From a virus (lineage: Duplodnaviria; Heunggongvirae; Uroviricota; Caudoviricetes): a stretch of DNA of 28,600 nucleotides. Made by a program: the position numbers and the translations under genes. The DNA lies in IMG/VR virus record IMGVR_UViG_2737471849_000006. The stretch is one strand, 5' to 3'. The notes beneath the pieces are model-generated. The model ran no database searches. It was not told where the DNA came from and saw only the letters and a list, made by a program, of their open reading frames with translations. Below are positions 18,454-27,604 of this stretch, in pieces. Every line of letters starts with the position of its first letter. Within the stretch, counting starts at the first letter, position 1.

Positions 18454-19487
18454 TGAGCAAGAAAAAAGGGAAAACACCGCAACCTGCGGCAAAAACAATG
18501 ACCGCCAGCGGCCCGAAAATGGAGGCATTCACCTTTGGTGAGCCGGTGCCGGTACTCGACCGCCGTGACATTCTGGATTACGTCGAGTGCATCAGTAACG
18601 GCAGATGGTATGAGCCACCGGTCAGCTTTACCGGTCTGGCAAAAAGCCTGCGGGCTGCCGTGCATCACAGCTCGCCGATTTACGTCAAACGCAATATTCT
18701 GGCCTCGACATTTATCCCGCATCCATGGCTTTCCCAGCAGGATTTCAGCCGCTTTGTGCTGGATTTTCTGGTGTTCGGTAATGCGTTTCTGGAAAAGCGT
18801 TACAGCACCACCGGTAAGGTCATCAGACTGGAAACCTCACCGGCAAAATATACCCGCCGTGGCGTGGAAGAGGATGTTTACTGGTGGGTGCCGTCCTTCA
18901 ACGAGCCGACAGCCTTCGCGCCCGGCTCCGTGTTTCACCTGCTGGAGCCGGATATTAATCAGGAGCTGTACGGCCTGCCGGAATATCTCAGCGCCCTTAA
19001 CTCTGCCTGGCTGAATGAGTCGGCCACGTTGTTCCGCCGCAAGTATTACGAAAATGGCGCACATGCCGGATACATCATGTACGTCACCGATGCCGTGCAG
19101 GATCGCAACGATATCGAAATGCTTCGCGAAAACATGGTCAAGTCGAAAGGCCGCAACAACTTTAAAAACCTGTTTCTCTATGCCCCACAGGGGAAAGCCG
19201 ACGGCATTAAAATTATCCCCCTCAGTGAAGTGGCGACGAAGGACGATTTTTTTAATATCAAAAAAGCCAGCGCCGCTGACCTGCTGGACGCGCACCGCAT
19301 CCCCTTTCAGTTGATGGGTGGCAAGCCGGAGAACGTCGGGTCGCTGGGTGATATTGAGAAAGTGGCAAAGGTCTTTGTCCGCAATGAGCTTATCCCGTTA
19401 CAGGACAGGATCCGCGAGATAAACGGCTGGCTCGGTCAGGAGGTCATCCGCTTTAAAAACTACTCACTGGACACTGACAACGGCTGA
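18453..19487 (+). CDS. Q: portal (capsid) protein gpQ
   Basis: 344 aa starting MSKKKGKTPQPAAKTMTASGPKMEAFTFGEP, the P2 gpQ length and N-terminus. Confidence 0.9.
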   Translation: MSKKKGKTPQPAAKTMTASGPKMEAFTFGEPVPVLDRRDILDYVECISNGRWYEPPVSFTGLAKSLRAAVHHSSPIYVKRNILASTFIPHPWLSQQDFSRFVLDFLVFGNAFLEKRYSTTGKVIRLETSPAKYTRRGVEEDVYWWVPSFNEPTAFAPGSVFHLLEPDINQELYGLPEYLSALNSAWLNESATLFRRKYYENGAHAGYIMYVTDAVQDRNDIEMLRENMVKSKGRNNFKNLFLYAPQGKADGIKIIPLSEVATKDDFFNIKKASAADLLDAHRIPFQLMGGKPENVGSLGDIEKVAKVFVRNELIPLQDRIREINGWLGQEVIRFKNYSLDTDNG

Positions 19488-19491
19488 ACAT

Positions 19492-19516
19492 CGCCGCCTG
19501 CGGGCGGCTTTTTTAC
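19492..19516 (+). terminator. rho-independent terminator downstream of Q
   Basis: GC-rich hairpin CGCCGCCTGCGGGCGGC followed by a TTTTTT run, 5 nt after the Q stop. Confidence 0.75.
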
Positions 19517-19656
19517 AACCCGCCATCACGCCCTCACACGCTCACCACCGCACAAAACAGCCCGCATACACACCAACGCCCCGGCGAACAATCTAAACGC
19601 CATCACGACGCGCTCAGACGCTGAAAAAATAAAATCAGCACCACCGCCAGCGCGCA

Positions 19657-19675
19657 GTGCTTTCCCCGCCTCGCC
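19657..19675. other. cos: cos site (19-nt cohesive-end sequence)
   Basis: GTGCTTTCCCCGCCTCGCC is the exact reverse complement of the P2 cohesive end GGCGAGGCGGGGAAAGCAC as I recall it. Confidence 0.85.
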
Positions 19676-19781
19676 CGCCCGCTTCATGGGTCGGTTTTAA
19701 TGCAGTTGCATAAACATAGTACAAGCGCGCCAGTCAAGCCTAGCGCACATACATAGAGAACGTATTTAAACATGCAAAATG

Positions 19782-19800
19782 ATGCACCCTATAGGTGCAT
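19782..19800 (-). terminator. candidate intrinsic terminator after the two-gene cargo operon
   Basis: Perfect 7-bp stem ATGCACC / GGTGCAT with a 5-nt loop, 13 nt downstream of the 333-aa gene stop, followed on the minus strand by ATTTTG. Confidence 0.5.
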
Positions 19801-19812
19801 TCATATTAAACA

Positions 19813-20814
19813 TCACCGAGCCATCTTGACTGCATAATGAACACAAAAATAATGTTCTCCCGCATATCTAAAATGATGTTCAATTTTTCTCAAACCTATA
19901 TATGGAGTCTCCACTTCTTTAATCCCAACTATCTCATGAGATTCTACACCAATATCTACCGGAGTAATCTCTTTTAGATAATCAATGTATCTCTCACACC
20001 AAGCATCAAATTTTGCACCAGTATAATAAGCAATTAAAAACAAGCGTTTAACATTAATAGGATTATAGTTACTAATTAGCTTTGAATAATGCTTTAATAT
20101 GTTAGCTTGATCTAGAGATTTTAAAATCAATGCTTCTATTATAGCAAATAGATTTCCTTTATCTTCAATAACAAGATCTAATTCACCCGCACTTTTACCA
20201 GATTGAGACTCTCCCTCTCTAGTTTGATCTTTTACCTCATAATTCTTAGCTAATAACATATCCCGTATAAAATCATTAAAATCATCTTCACCATATCCTT
20301 TAGCAGAGCGACGCCCCAATCTTTGAAGCACCCAAGATAAATCACTATCAAACTTTATAAAATTCAAAGGACGCTGCACTCGACCATCCTTTGATATTAA
20401 GCTTATACTATTAAGATTTAACAAATTAATCCTTTGCCTGATTAATTCATCAATATATCCAGAGTAACTATTATTATCTAACACTACGATATGCTTATCA
20501 AAAGTAGTGGCTGCATTAGCAACTGCACAAACAACTATATCCTTAATATCCTCAGAACTATTCGGCACTGGTGTACGCAATATCTTGCCTGAAGGAGCTT
20601 TAGATAACTCAGACTCCCACTTCTTAAAAAACAAAAAAGAATCCTTGTTGTTTCCGCAAGACTTTAAATAACCTAAGCGAATTTTTCCATCAGCATCAAG
20701 AATCAACTCATTTTCACCATTAACAATGGTTTCAATAAAAAAACCGCTAAAAACTTTAACATCAGAAATATTAGCAGCAACAAATTCAGGACACAAACAA
20801 ACAGCACAAAGCAT
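19813..20814 (-). CDS. partner/effector of the OLD-family ATPase; function unassigned, possible nuclease
   Basis: 333-aa ORF whose ATG follows the ATPase stop codon by 1 nt (TGAtATG). AT-rich. Contains ELDLVIEDKG and LILDADGK acidic motifs but no domain I can assign with confidence. Confidence 0.65.
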   Translation of the reverse strand: MLCAVCLCPEFVAANISDVKVFSGFFIETIVNGENELILDADGKIRLGYLKSCGNNKDSFLFFKKWESELSKAPSGKILRTPVPNSSEDIKDIVVCAVANAATTFDKHIVVLDNNSYSGYIDELIRQRINLLNLNSISLISKDGRVQRPLNFIKFDSDLSWVLQRLGRRSAKGYGEDDFNDFIRDMLLAKNYEVKDQTREGESQSGKSAGELDLVIEDKGNLFAIIEALILKSLDQANILKHYSKLISNYNPINVKRLFLIAYYTGAKFDAWCERYIDYLKEITPVDIGVESHEIVGIKEVETPYIGLRKIEHHFRYAGEHYFCVHYAVKMAR

Positions 20815-20815
20815 A

Positions 20816-22483
20816 TCAATGAACTCCCTTTGAGTTCATTATTTTTTGTATCTTTAATTCCTGTATTCTAATTGTATCCTGAATCTCAACATCCATAAAC
20901 TCATTTGGCCATGTGATATCTCCATCAGAATTCACAGCCACTCTATTTAGTAAGGTTGATGTTCCCTCTTCATCTCGCTCAAGATGATAGATTGCCACAT
21001 GGTCCTCAGTAAGTTCGCTTGATTCATCAACAATTCTTAATCTAATCCGTCTAACTAATGCATCACTATGTGTTTCAATAATAAAAATTTTCTTTTCTTG
21101 CATAGATATTTTAATTAATGCGTCAGTTAACCATGCCTGCATTTTAGGATGCAAATGTATTTCTGGTTGTTCTATTATTGTAATCGAGCCCTTTGGTGAC
21201 AAATAAGCTTGAACCAAGACAGGCAACACTTGTGATATTCCAAACCCTACATCTGTCAATTCTAAATTAACAGCATCTTGGTTTATAACTATCTTATGAA
21301 TTATGTCATTAACTCTAACTATATCAACCGCTAAGTTAAATTCAGCGAGAAGAAGGTTTATGTTTTCTGTTATTTTTGTATTTTTCTTCAGAATCTCCGC
21401 CAACTCAGAGCCATCAGCAGAATTTAACTGAGCATGATTGACTGTTTTATCTAATAAATAATAACGCTGAGGAAATGCCCTCAACGGGCTGACATGATTA
21501 ACATTTTCGCCATCAAACATTTTTGAAAGCATTAATACTCCCAGAGAAACAACATGTGACAAAAAGTTAACAACAGGGTTGTAGGAATTTCCAAAAAAAA
21601 CATAAAAACCACGTCCTTCATTGACAGGGAATAGCCCCAAAGAATAAGGATTCATGATTTCTAAGATATCAGACTTACATCCTCTAAATACTTCTTGAGG
21701 GATAACATCCGACAATACAACGACATTATTCTTTTTGGGTAACAGTTCAACTATTCTTTCATCATTCTTATTTAGAAGAACAAATCTCGAAACCTTTACC
21801 ACACCTTTATTTTTATCATATCTGAAGTCATAACTTATTTTAGATGCAGACAATTTATTTCCTGAAATAGAAACAACTTTAGTTAGGCAATCTTTGATTC
21901 TCTTCAATGGGCATTCATATATAAATCTGCGTAAGTTTTCTGAGGTAGCCCGGCTAAACATAATATTATTGCCAGCATCTCTAAAAAGCATAATCAACTG
22001 GCACAATTTATCAGCAATAATATTTAATTTAGCCTCCTCAAACTCATCAAAATTAACAATAGCATTCAAAGATTCATTTATCAAATTATTGGCCTTCGCG
22101 ACCAACTCATCATTATTTTTTACTGTCTGTATAGTGAATCGCATAATCATAGCAAATGATTCTAAAGTTTCTCTTCTCAGAGTATCAATGCCATTTTTAA
22201 CTACGCTATTATCAGAAAAATCAAAGCTAAAGTTAAGTGTTTTGGAGTCATCTTTATTTTTTATAATATTTAATGCTTCCCCCATTCCCACTTTAGGTCC
22301 ATTCAGCCGTAGAGCAGAGTCAGACAATGACATTGAATCAACTGTCTGAGAAAACATCAACAAAGAGTTAATTAGTGCACTTTTTCCACAACTATTTGCA
22401 CCTAACAATATTGTCAATGGCTTTAAATCTAACTTAAAGCTTTCGTATGCTTTATAATTTTGTCCTGTAAAAGTTCTCAGCAT
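20816..22483 (-). CDS. OLD-family (AAA_15/AAA_21-type) ABC ATPase without a fused nuclease domain
   Basis: 555 aa. N-terminal Walker A LGANSCGKSALINSL; C-terminal IIEQPEIHLHP (Walker B/D-loop signature of OLD/GajA/AriA/PtuA-type ATPases) and FIIETHSDALV (H-loop); a long insert lies between. AGGAG ribosome-binding site 5 nt before the ATG. AT-rich. Confidence 0.75.
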   Translation of the reverse strand: MLRTFTGQNYKAYESFKLDLKPLTILLGANSCGKSALINSLLMFSQTVDSMSLSDSALRLNGPKVGMGEALNIIKNKDDSKTLNFSFDFSDNSVVKNGIDTLRRETLESFAMIMRFTIQTVKNNDELVAKANNLINESLNAIVNFDEFEEAKLNIIADKLCQLIMLFRDAGNNIMFSRATSENLRRFIYECPLKRIKDCLTKVVSISGNKLSASKISYDFRYDKNKGVVKVSRFVLLNKNDERIVELLPKKNNVVVLSDVIPQEVFRGCKSDILEIMNPYSLGLFPVNEGRGFYVFFGNSYNPVVNFLSHVVSLGVLMLSKMFDGENVNHVSPLRAFPQRYYLLDKTVNHAQLNSADGSELAEILKKNTKITENINLLLAEFNLAVDIVRVNDIIHKIVINQDAVNLELTDVGFGISQVLPVLVQAYLSPKGSITIIEQPEIHLHPKMQAWLTDALIKISMQEKKIFIIETHSDALVRRIRLRIVDESSELTEDHVAIYHLERDEEGTSTLLNRVAVNSDGDITWPNEFMDVEIQDTIRIQELKIQKIMNSKGVH

Positions 22484-22722
22484 ATAATCTCCTTTTTAAT
22501 AATAGTATAAATGTTATGTCTCATAAGTTTTACCATATATACTCCACGTTATGGCAAATCTCATCAAAAATGAAAGCATCTCTTTTTATACATTTAAGCA
22601 GCAACCTGTTTCTCTGACCACCCATAGCCGTAGTATGACGCATAGAAAAGAAAACATGAACAGATGTTACAAAAAATGTAGTATGCTATACAAAACAATG
22701 CATTACAGCCTGAAGCGCTATC

Positions 22723-24993
22723 TTATACTACAAATTCCGGCCACTCATCAGCGACCGGATACGTGAATCCTTTCCCGCCATAATTTACGGTCGCGCCACG
22801 CGCCAGCGCCTCAATCTCCCATCGCTGCGGCCTGATACCGTTCTGAGCAAGGTCAACACGGATACGGGTAATTTGCATTCGTTCCGACCTGGTCAGTCTG
22901 GCCGATGGCGCTATTTCATGCGGTTTTAACGGACTTCCGTTTCTTTGCTGACGGTTTGGTCTTCTCAGGCCGTGTTTTAATGCGCTTCTGAGCGCCCTCA
23001 CGACCTCCTGGTCATTCCATTCGATAACACCGTCATCAACCAGATTAAGCACTGCTGCGGCGTGTTCAGAAGGTGTGGGAGCCGGTAACGAAGTATCACC
23101 ACCGGTGAGCTTTCCACAGTTATTGACAGGACTCCGAGGCGCGGCGATGCCGCTTTTTAAAGTCAAAGGCTCAACGACCGGAACTTTCGGCACAATGCGC
23201 CAGTTCGTCGTTCTGGTGATATGAATATGACGCGCGCCGAGATGCGGCGCGTAAATGCCGACCACTCTCTCGACCTCTTCCTCGTACTCGTTAACATCAT
23301 CCGACGGGCTACGGGCAACCCTGACAGTCTGACAATCGCGCGGGACATTTGCCCCACCCTGCGCGCTGATATACAACGCAAAATCACCACTGTCTGCGGC
23401 AGCGCGAGCAGCCTCGACGCGTTCGTCAAACTCATCAGCAATACTGACGCCGCGAGGCAATTTGCGTAGTTCACGGTAAGCCCCCATTGTCGGCAGTCCA
23501 ACCGTTTTAAATTGCGGGATGCGCCACGTTGACGCCCATGCGGTAACAGCCGCGGCAGTATCTTTAAGCGGCTTACCGGTATCGTTATCGAGCTGACCAT
23601 CCAGTGCATAGCCGTCGATATTTTTTGAAATGTATTTCGCGATATATCCCGCAGCACCGCCCCGATTAAGGTGTTTTGCCTGAAAACGGTTTCGCGCGGC
23701 TCCTCTTTCGTCGCCATCCTCTTTGAGCGCATAGCGACGCATGATTTCGATAATCTGGTTACGCTGGCGCGGATTACAAAAAAGCATCATATGCCAGTGC
23801 GGCGTTCCGTCGTGGTGTGGCTCGACGACACGCAAACCGTAGACCTGTAAATCATTATCCTTGAATGCCGTGCGCATCAGGCTCCAGATACGGCAGAGAT
23901 AACGCTGCGCATCCTTTGGATTGAATGCCTCATCATTCCAGCCGTGATTAAGCTGGACGGTTTTACTTTCGCCTTTTCCGACCTGACGTGTCGGGTGATA
24001 CTTTGACGGCGCGGTCAGCGTGATAAACATCCCCACATCACCCTCTGCGGCGGCGTAACGCTCAATACCGGCAATGGTGTTCATCAGCTCCATCCGGCGA
24101 ATTTCAGGATTAGAAATACTGCCCATCACCTTACTGATAAGGTCGATGCGCTCGCCGGTTTCCCTGTTTTCAAGGTCACACGATTTAAGAAATTCCAGAT
24201 TTGCCTGGCGGCGCGCACGCACATCACGAATGGCGTGTTTACTGGCATAAGGAGAACGGTCTTTATTGACCTCCCCGACAGCTATCAGTAACGCTTCATG
24301 CCAGCGCATACGCTGGCCTTTAAGCTGATGAGTCCACCACTCATCGTTAAACAGACGGGCAATGGCAGAATATGCCTGCCTCGTGGTCATCAGCCCTTTA
24401 CGGTATTTTTTCCAGTAGAGAGGGGAAATATTGAAAGCACGTGCAGCGCCAGCAACATGACCATAGAGGTGAGCCTGCGCCTCATCCGTAAACAGCGATT
24501 CTTTTTCGCCATGCGCATCCACCCAGGCATCGCTGAGTTCCTCATACATCATGAAAAGCTGCGATGAGATACGGGCAGCAAACTTTTTCAGCTCCTTGTC
24601 ATTCATTCCCGGCAGGCGCGCATAGTGGTCACGCTCTGCCAGAAACAGTAACGACGCGTCGGTGTTCATTTCATGGCGCTGATTCACACGCTCAATGCGC
24701 GGCCATAAACGACGCTGAAAAGTGGATGTGAGGAAATAAAACCCGTGCACCGGGCTTTTATTGCGCCGGATGTAGTCATAGCGTGAAGTAAACAGCGAGC
24801 GCAAAAAGTAAGGCAGGCGGTTAATCGTGGATAAAACACCTTGCACCTGACGCATCTCGTCACGTGTAAGGGGTCTTTCGCGCCCGACGGCCTCGCGTGG
24901 CGCGTTCCATGCATAAGCACCGGTAAACGCCTTACCGGTGCCTGCAGCAAATGCTGACGGAGGGACAAAACGCCCGGAGGCTTTAACGGCCAT
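22723..24993 (-). CDS. A: rolling-circle replication initiator gpA
   Basis: About 756 aa from the internal start MAVKASGRFVPP (P2 gpA N-terminus as I recall it; the track ORF extends 14 codons further to 25035). Contains the HUH-type HWHMMLF motif and the catalytic Tyr region YIAKYISK. Confidence 0.85.
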   Translation of the reverse strand: MAVKASGRFVPPSAFAAGTGKAFTGAYAWNAPREAVGRERPLTRDEMRQVQGVLSTINRLPYFLRSLFTSRYDYIRRNKSPVHGFYFLTSTFQRRLWPRIERVNQRHEMNTDASLLFLAERDHYARLPGMNDKELKKFAARISSQLFMMYEELSDAWVDAHGEKESLFTDEAQAHLYGHVAGAARAFNISPLYWKKYRKGLMTTRQAYSAIARLFNDEWWTHQLKGQRMRWHEALLIAVGEVNKDRSPYASKHAIRDVRARRQANLEFLKSCDLENRETGERIDLISKVMGSISNPEIRRMELMNTIAGIERYAAAEGDVGMFITLTAPSKYHPTRQVGKGESKTVQLNHGWNDEAFNPKDAQRYLCRIWSLMRTAFKDNDLQVYGLRVVEPHHDGTPHWHMMLFCNPRQRNQIIEIMRRYALKEDGDERGAARNRFQAKHLNRGGAAGYIAKYISKNIDGYALDGQLDNDTGKPLKDTAAAVTAWASTWRIPQFKTVGLPTMGAYRELRKLPRGVSIADEFDERVEAARAAADSGDFALYISAQGGANVPRDCQTVRVARSPSDDVNEYEEEVERVVGIYAPHLGARHIHITRTTNWRIVPKVPVVEPLTLKSGIAAPRSPVNNCGKLTGGDTSLPAPTPSEHAAAVLNLVDDGVIEWNDQEVVRALRSALKHGLRRPNRQQRNGSPLKPHEIAPSARLTRSERMQITRIRVDLAQNGIRPQRWEIEALARGATVNYGGKGFTYPVADEWPEFVV

Positions 24994-25258
24994 ATGAGCC
25001 AAAAGCCTCTGAACAACGCCTGCTGAGTTGCTCAACCTGCGCGTTTAAATCAGCAAAAGACTTTGCGCTTCCGATCAGAATATCGTGATGCATCAGGCCG
25101 GAAACGAGCTGGCTTAATTTCGGGTAATAACCAACCACCGCCAGCCATTCCTGACCGGCGTTTTTACCGCTTTCCGCTCTCTTTTTCTCGTGGAGAATAA
25201 ACTGAAAGCTGTCACTGGTAACGACATAACGTTCGCCAATTTCAATACGAATGCTCAT
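24983..25258 (-). CDS. hypothetical early-operon protein
   Basis: 91-aa ORF in the B-to-A early operon; its end overlaps the A start by 11 nt. No recognisable motif. Confidence 0.5.
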   Translation of the reverse strand: MSIRIEIGERYVVTSDSFQFILHEKKRAESGKNAGQEWLAVVGYYPKLSQLVSGLMHHDILIGSAKSFADLNAQVEQLSRRCSEAFGSYGR

Positions 25259-25479
25259 GCCATTCTCCGGTAATGTTTGTTTTTTGCTTCAAAGACTGAC
25301 TGACAGGAAACACAACGCGTGGCTGACGGATAAGCCGCACGACGGGCAGCAGGTATTGGCGCGTCACACTCTTCGCAAACCAGCGCAGAAGCACCGCAAT
25401 GTTTTACTCTTGCCGCGTTAATCTGGCGCTCCAGTAATTCAGCCTGTTGTTCCTGAATAAAATCTACGTTGTCCGGCAT
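25255..25479 (-). CDS. TraR/DksA-family C4 zinc-finger protein
   Basis: 74 aa with CEEC...(18 residues)...CVSC spacing typical of TraR/DksA zinc fingers; P2-like phages carry such a gene in the early operon. Confidence 0.65.
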   Translation of the reverse strand: MPDNVDFIQEQQAELLERQINAARVKHCGASALVCEECDAPIPAARRAAYPSATRCVSCQSVFEAKNKHYRRMA

Positions 25480-25784
25480 TACCAGCTCCTTTTGTCGTTA
25501 AGTTTTTTAAATTCATCAGCGCAATAGCTGGCAATTTCTGTCGTTAATTTCGTCAGTTCATCCACGGAGGAGATTTGCTTGTGAAATACAGCGCGTTTAA
25601 CAAGTAAATTGACCACATCAGACAGGAGATTTAATTCGTTCTGATAAATCGCGATAACAGACTCAGTTATTTCGCGTTTTTCTTTATCAAGACCAAGTTG
25701 AATAAGAGATAAATCGCCATTTTTCATAACAGCGATTTTTAAGGCGTTATTCAGTAATACAACTGAATGAGAACAGGACATCAA
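25479..25784 (-). CDS. hypothetical early-operon protein
   Basis: 101-aa track ORF; an internal Met at codon 20 would give 82 aa. Start not resolved. Confidence 0.45.
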   Translation of the reverse strand: MMSCSHSVVLLNNALKIAVMKNGDLSLIQLGLDKEKREITESVIAIYQNELNLLSDVVNLLVKRAVFHKQISSVDELTKLTTEIASYCADEFKKLNDKRSW

Positions 25785-26005
25785 AGCACCTCCCCGCGAG
25801 ATAATCCGATATTGTGAAATTTTTCCGACTCCTGACTGAGCAGCTCGACTATCTCCACGCGGGATAACTCCGCCTTTGTGATGTGGCGAATCATGGCGTC
25901 AAGATGAGAAGAAAAGCGCGTCGCTGCGTCGGCCTGTGCTTCGGTTCTGGCCTGTTGCAGCAGTAATGCGTATTTACCGCACTGATTTTCAGAAACTGTA
26001 TGCAT
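25781..26005 (-). CDS. hypothetical early-operon protein
   Basis: 74-aa ORF between B and the next early gene; 4-nt overlap with the downstream ORF. Confidence 0.45.
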   Translation of the reverse strand: MHTVSENQCGKYALLLQQARTEAQADAATRFSSHLDAMIRHITKAELSRVEIVELLSQESEKFHNIGLSRGEVL

Positions 26006-26068
26006 GACTTTCTCCAGGCAAAAAGAAGCCCCGCACGATTAAGTGCGTTAAAAACTCTGGTTAATTAC

Positions 26069-26569
26069 TTAATGCAGATATTGCTCTGGTTTTACCGACG
26101 TCAGAATTGTCGGTGCATACTCAAACAGACTGAATAATTCACGTAACGCACGGAATAAAGCATCACGCCAGTAACATGACTCTTCATTAATTCGCCAGTA
26201 TGGCTGGTTAAATTCTTTTTCAGTCAATCCGGCATGCATAAATAAAGTACGGCGCTGACTGACTGTTAAAAAACTAATATATGCATACTCACTTGCGCCA
26301 ACCTGACGGCGTTTTGAGAATGCCCCACGCAATTCATCAATTGCACATACCAGTCGTTCACGTTCGACGTCGTTCATTTCTTCAAAACGCATCGTTGCGT
26401 GACGCTGTTTTAACTGCGCATGGAAGCAAACCGTTAGCCGTTCACGTTCCATCATCTGATTATAATAATCGCATGTATCCTGCCAGCGAGGGACGGCCAG
26501 ATGCTTACCAATTATCCGGCGCATAGCTGCTGGCTGTTTTTCAACAAGATTGAGCGTCATCACTGTCAT
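26069..26569 (-). CDS. B: replication protein gpB
   Basis: 166 aa, P2 gpB length and position in the early operon. Confidence 0.8.
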   Translation of the reverse strand: MTVMTLNLVEKQPAAMRRIIGKHLAVPRWQDTCDYYNQMMERERLTVCFHAQLKQRHATMRFEEMNDVERERLVCAIDELRGAFSKRRQVGASEYAYISFLTVSQRRTLFMHAGLTEKEFNQPYWRINEESCYWRDALFRALRELFSLFEYAPTILTSVKPEQYLH

Positions 26570-26802
26570 TTCCAGACCCTCCGGCTTTTCAGAAAGGTCA
26601 GAGCCTTTTTTAACGGACTCTGTTTTTTGGTGCGGATAATGATTCCCTTGCGTCCCTTCCCGTGGGTGATGGTAAAGTCAATCGCCCTGGGGCTTTCGTT
26701 ACGCAATAACTGAGCAATACAACGAGGCTCGTTCATCCTTTCCACCTTAAGCCGCACGGCCATGTCTTGATTTGCTGTAACTAATGCGATTTTTCCAGTC
26801 AT
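26566..26802 (-). CDS. orf78-like early protein
   Basis: 78 aa from the internal start MTGKIALV (cat at 26800-26802), the length implied by the P2 name orf78 and at the same position between cox and B. Confidence 0.55.
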   Translation of the reverse strand: MTGKIALVTANQDMAVRLKVERMNEPRCIAQLLRNESPRAIDFTITHGKGRKGIIIRTKKQSPLKKALTFLKSRRVWK

Positions 26803-27118
26803 GCCATTCTGTCGGAGCTTCATCAACCAGTTGGGCTGCGTACTTGTCCCACTCACGGCGATTAATCCATAATTCAGCTTTCCCTCTTGGTTTTAATGGG
26901 TCTGTCATGTAGAAGGCTGGCAGCTTTCCTGCTTTAGCCATTTCAGCCACCGCGCGTGGTGTCTTACCGATGTAAAGAGCAAAACCTTCTTTCGACAGCA
27001 AATCAGATGGGCGCTCTGAAATCTGAATGCTTTTACGTTTGGCTTCATTTTCGAAACTTGCCTCATCGCTAGTTGGACAAGAAATTTCTACATTTGTCGT
27101 CACTTTGCTATCCTCCAT
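26747..27118 (-). CDS. cox: Cox/Apl-family excisionase and lytic-switch regulator (helix-turn-helix)
   Basis: Segment FALYIGKTPRAVAEMAKAGKLPAFYMTDP aligns with the P2 Cox helix-turn-helix (EFAKLIGKSTGAVRRMIDKGKLPVIDMTDP) as I recall it. The ORF is longer than P2 Cox (91 aa); a GTG at codon 6 preceded by GGAGGA is a plausible true start. Confidence 0.6.
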   Translation of the reverse strand: MEDSKVTTNVEISCPTSDEASFENEAKRKSIQISERPSDLLSKEGFALYIGKTPRAVAEMAKAGKLPAFYMTDPLKPRGKAELWINRREWDKYAAQLVDEAPTEWHDWKNRISYSKSRHGRAA

Positions 27119-27211
27119 AAGATTTGCGATTCACCAACTGGAGCCATCTAGAGCCTTTTTGAGCGAATCACAAATTGCCAAGTAGCAATATAATTGGAGA
27201 TTAGCAAAATT
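27119..27211. promoter_or_regulatory. immunity switch region between divergent cox-like and C genes, with candidate operator direct repeats and a -10 element
   Basis: Direct repeats GCGATTCAC (27126-27134) and GCGAATCAC (27163-27171); consensus TATAAT at 27189-27194 upstream of C. The promoter assignment is inferred from position. Confidence 0.4.
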
Positions 27212-27511
27212 ATGTCAAGTGAACAAAGTGAGAAACTAAAGCTCATCCGTGAATCCGAACGCCTTAAAACTAAGGAACTTGCTGAATTAATTGGAATTAA
27301 TTACTACACATATCATGGATATGAATCAGGAAAATCAAAAATGCCTATGGAAGCAGGTATGAAGCTGTTTAAGCATCCACGCTTTCGCAAGTATCGTGAC
27401 TGGTTCATGTTTGATGAAACAGATCCAGCAGCTGGACAAATAGCCCCGGCTCTCGCACACATTGGGCAAGACTCAACAACCTTGCACCACTCAGACCAGA
27501 AGACTGGCTGA
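27212..27511 (+). CDS. C: immunity repressor C
   Basis: 99 aa from the ATG at 27212. The C-terminal SGQIAPALAH..GQ....T.....HS.QKTG pattern matches P2 C as I recall it, while the N-terminal DNA-binding part is divergent, suggesting a different immunity specificity. Confidence 0.8.
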   Translation: MSSEQSEKLKLIRESERLKTKELAELIGINYYTYHGYESGKSKMPMEAGMKLFKHPRFRKYRDWFMFDETDPAAGQIAPALAHIGQDSTTLHHSDQKTG

Positions 27512-27604
27512 CGATTTATTCAGCATATGTGTGTAGTAAATGTACGAAAGAAAATTGCATTAATTTTCAAGTAGTAGAAGTAAACAGCGTCATCGGAGGG
27601 CTTT

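Noticed and set aside
22551-22766. 71-aa plus-strand ORF between the ATPase gene and A
   Set aside because: It overlaps the 3' end of A and the promoter region of the cargo operon and has no ribosome-binding site; more likely non-coding upstream DNA.
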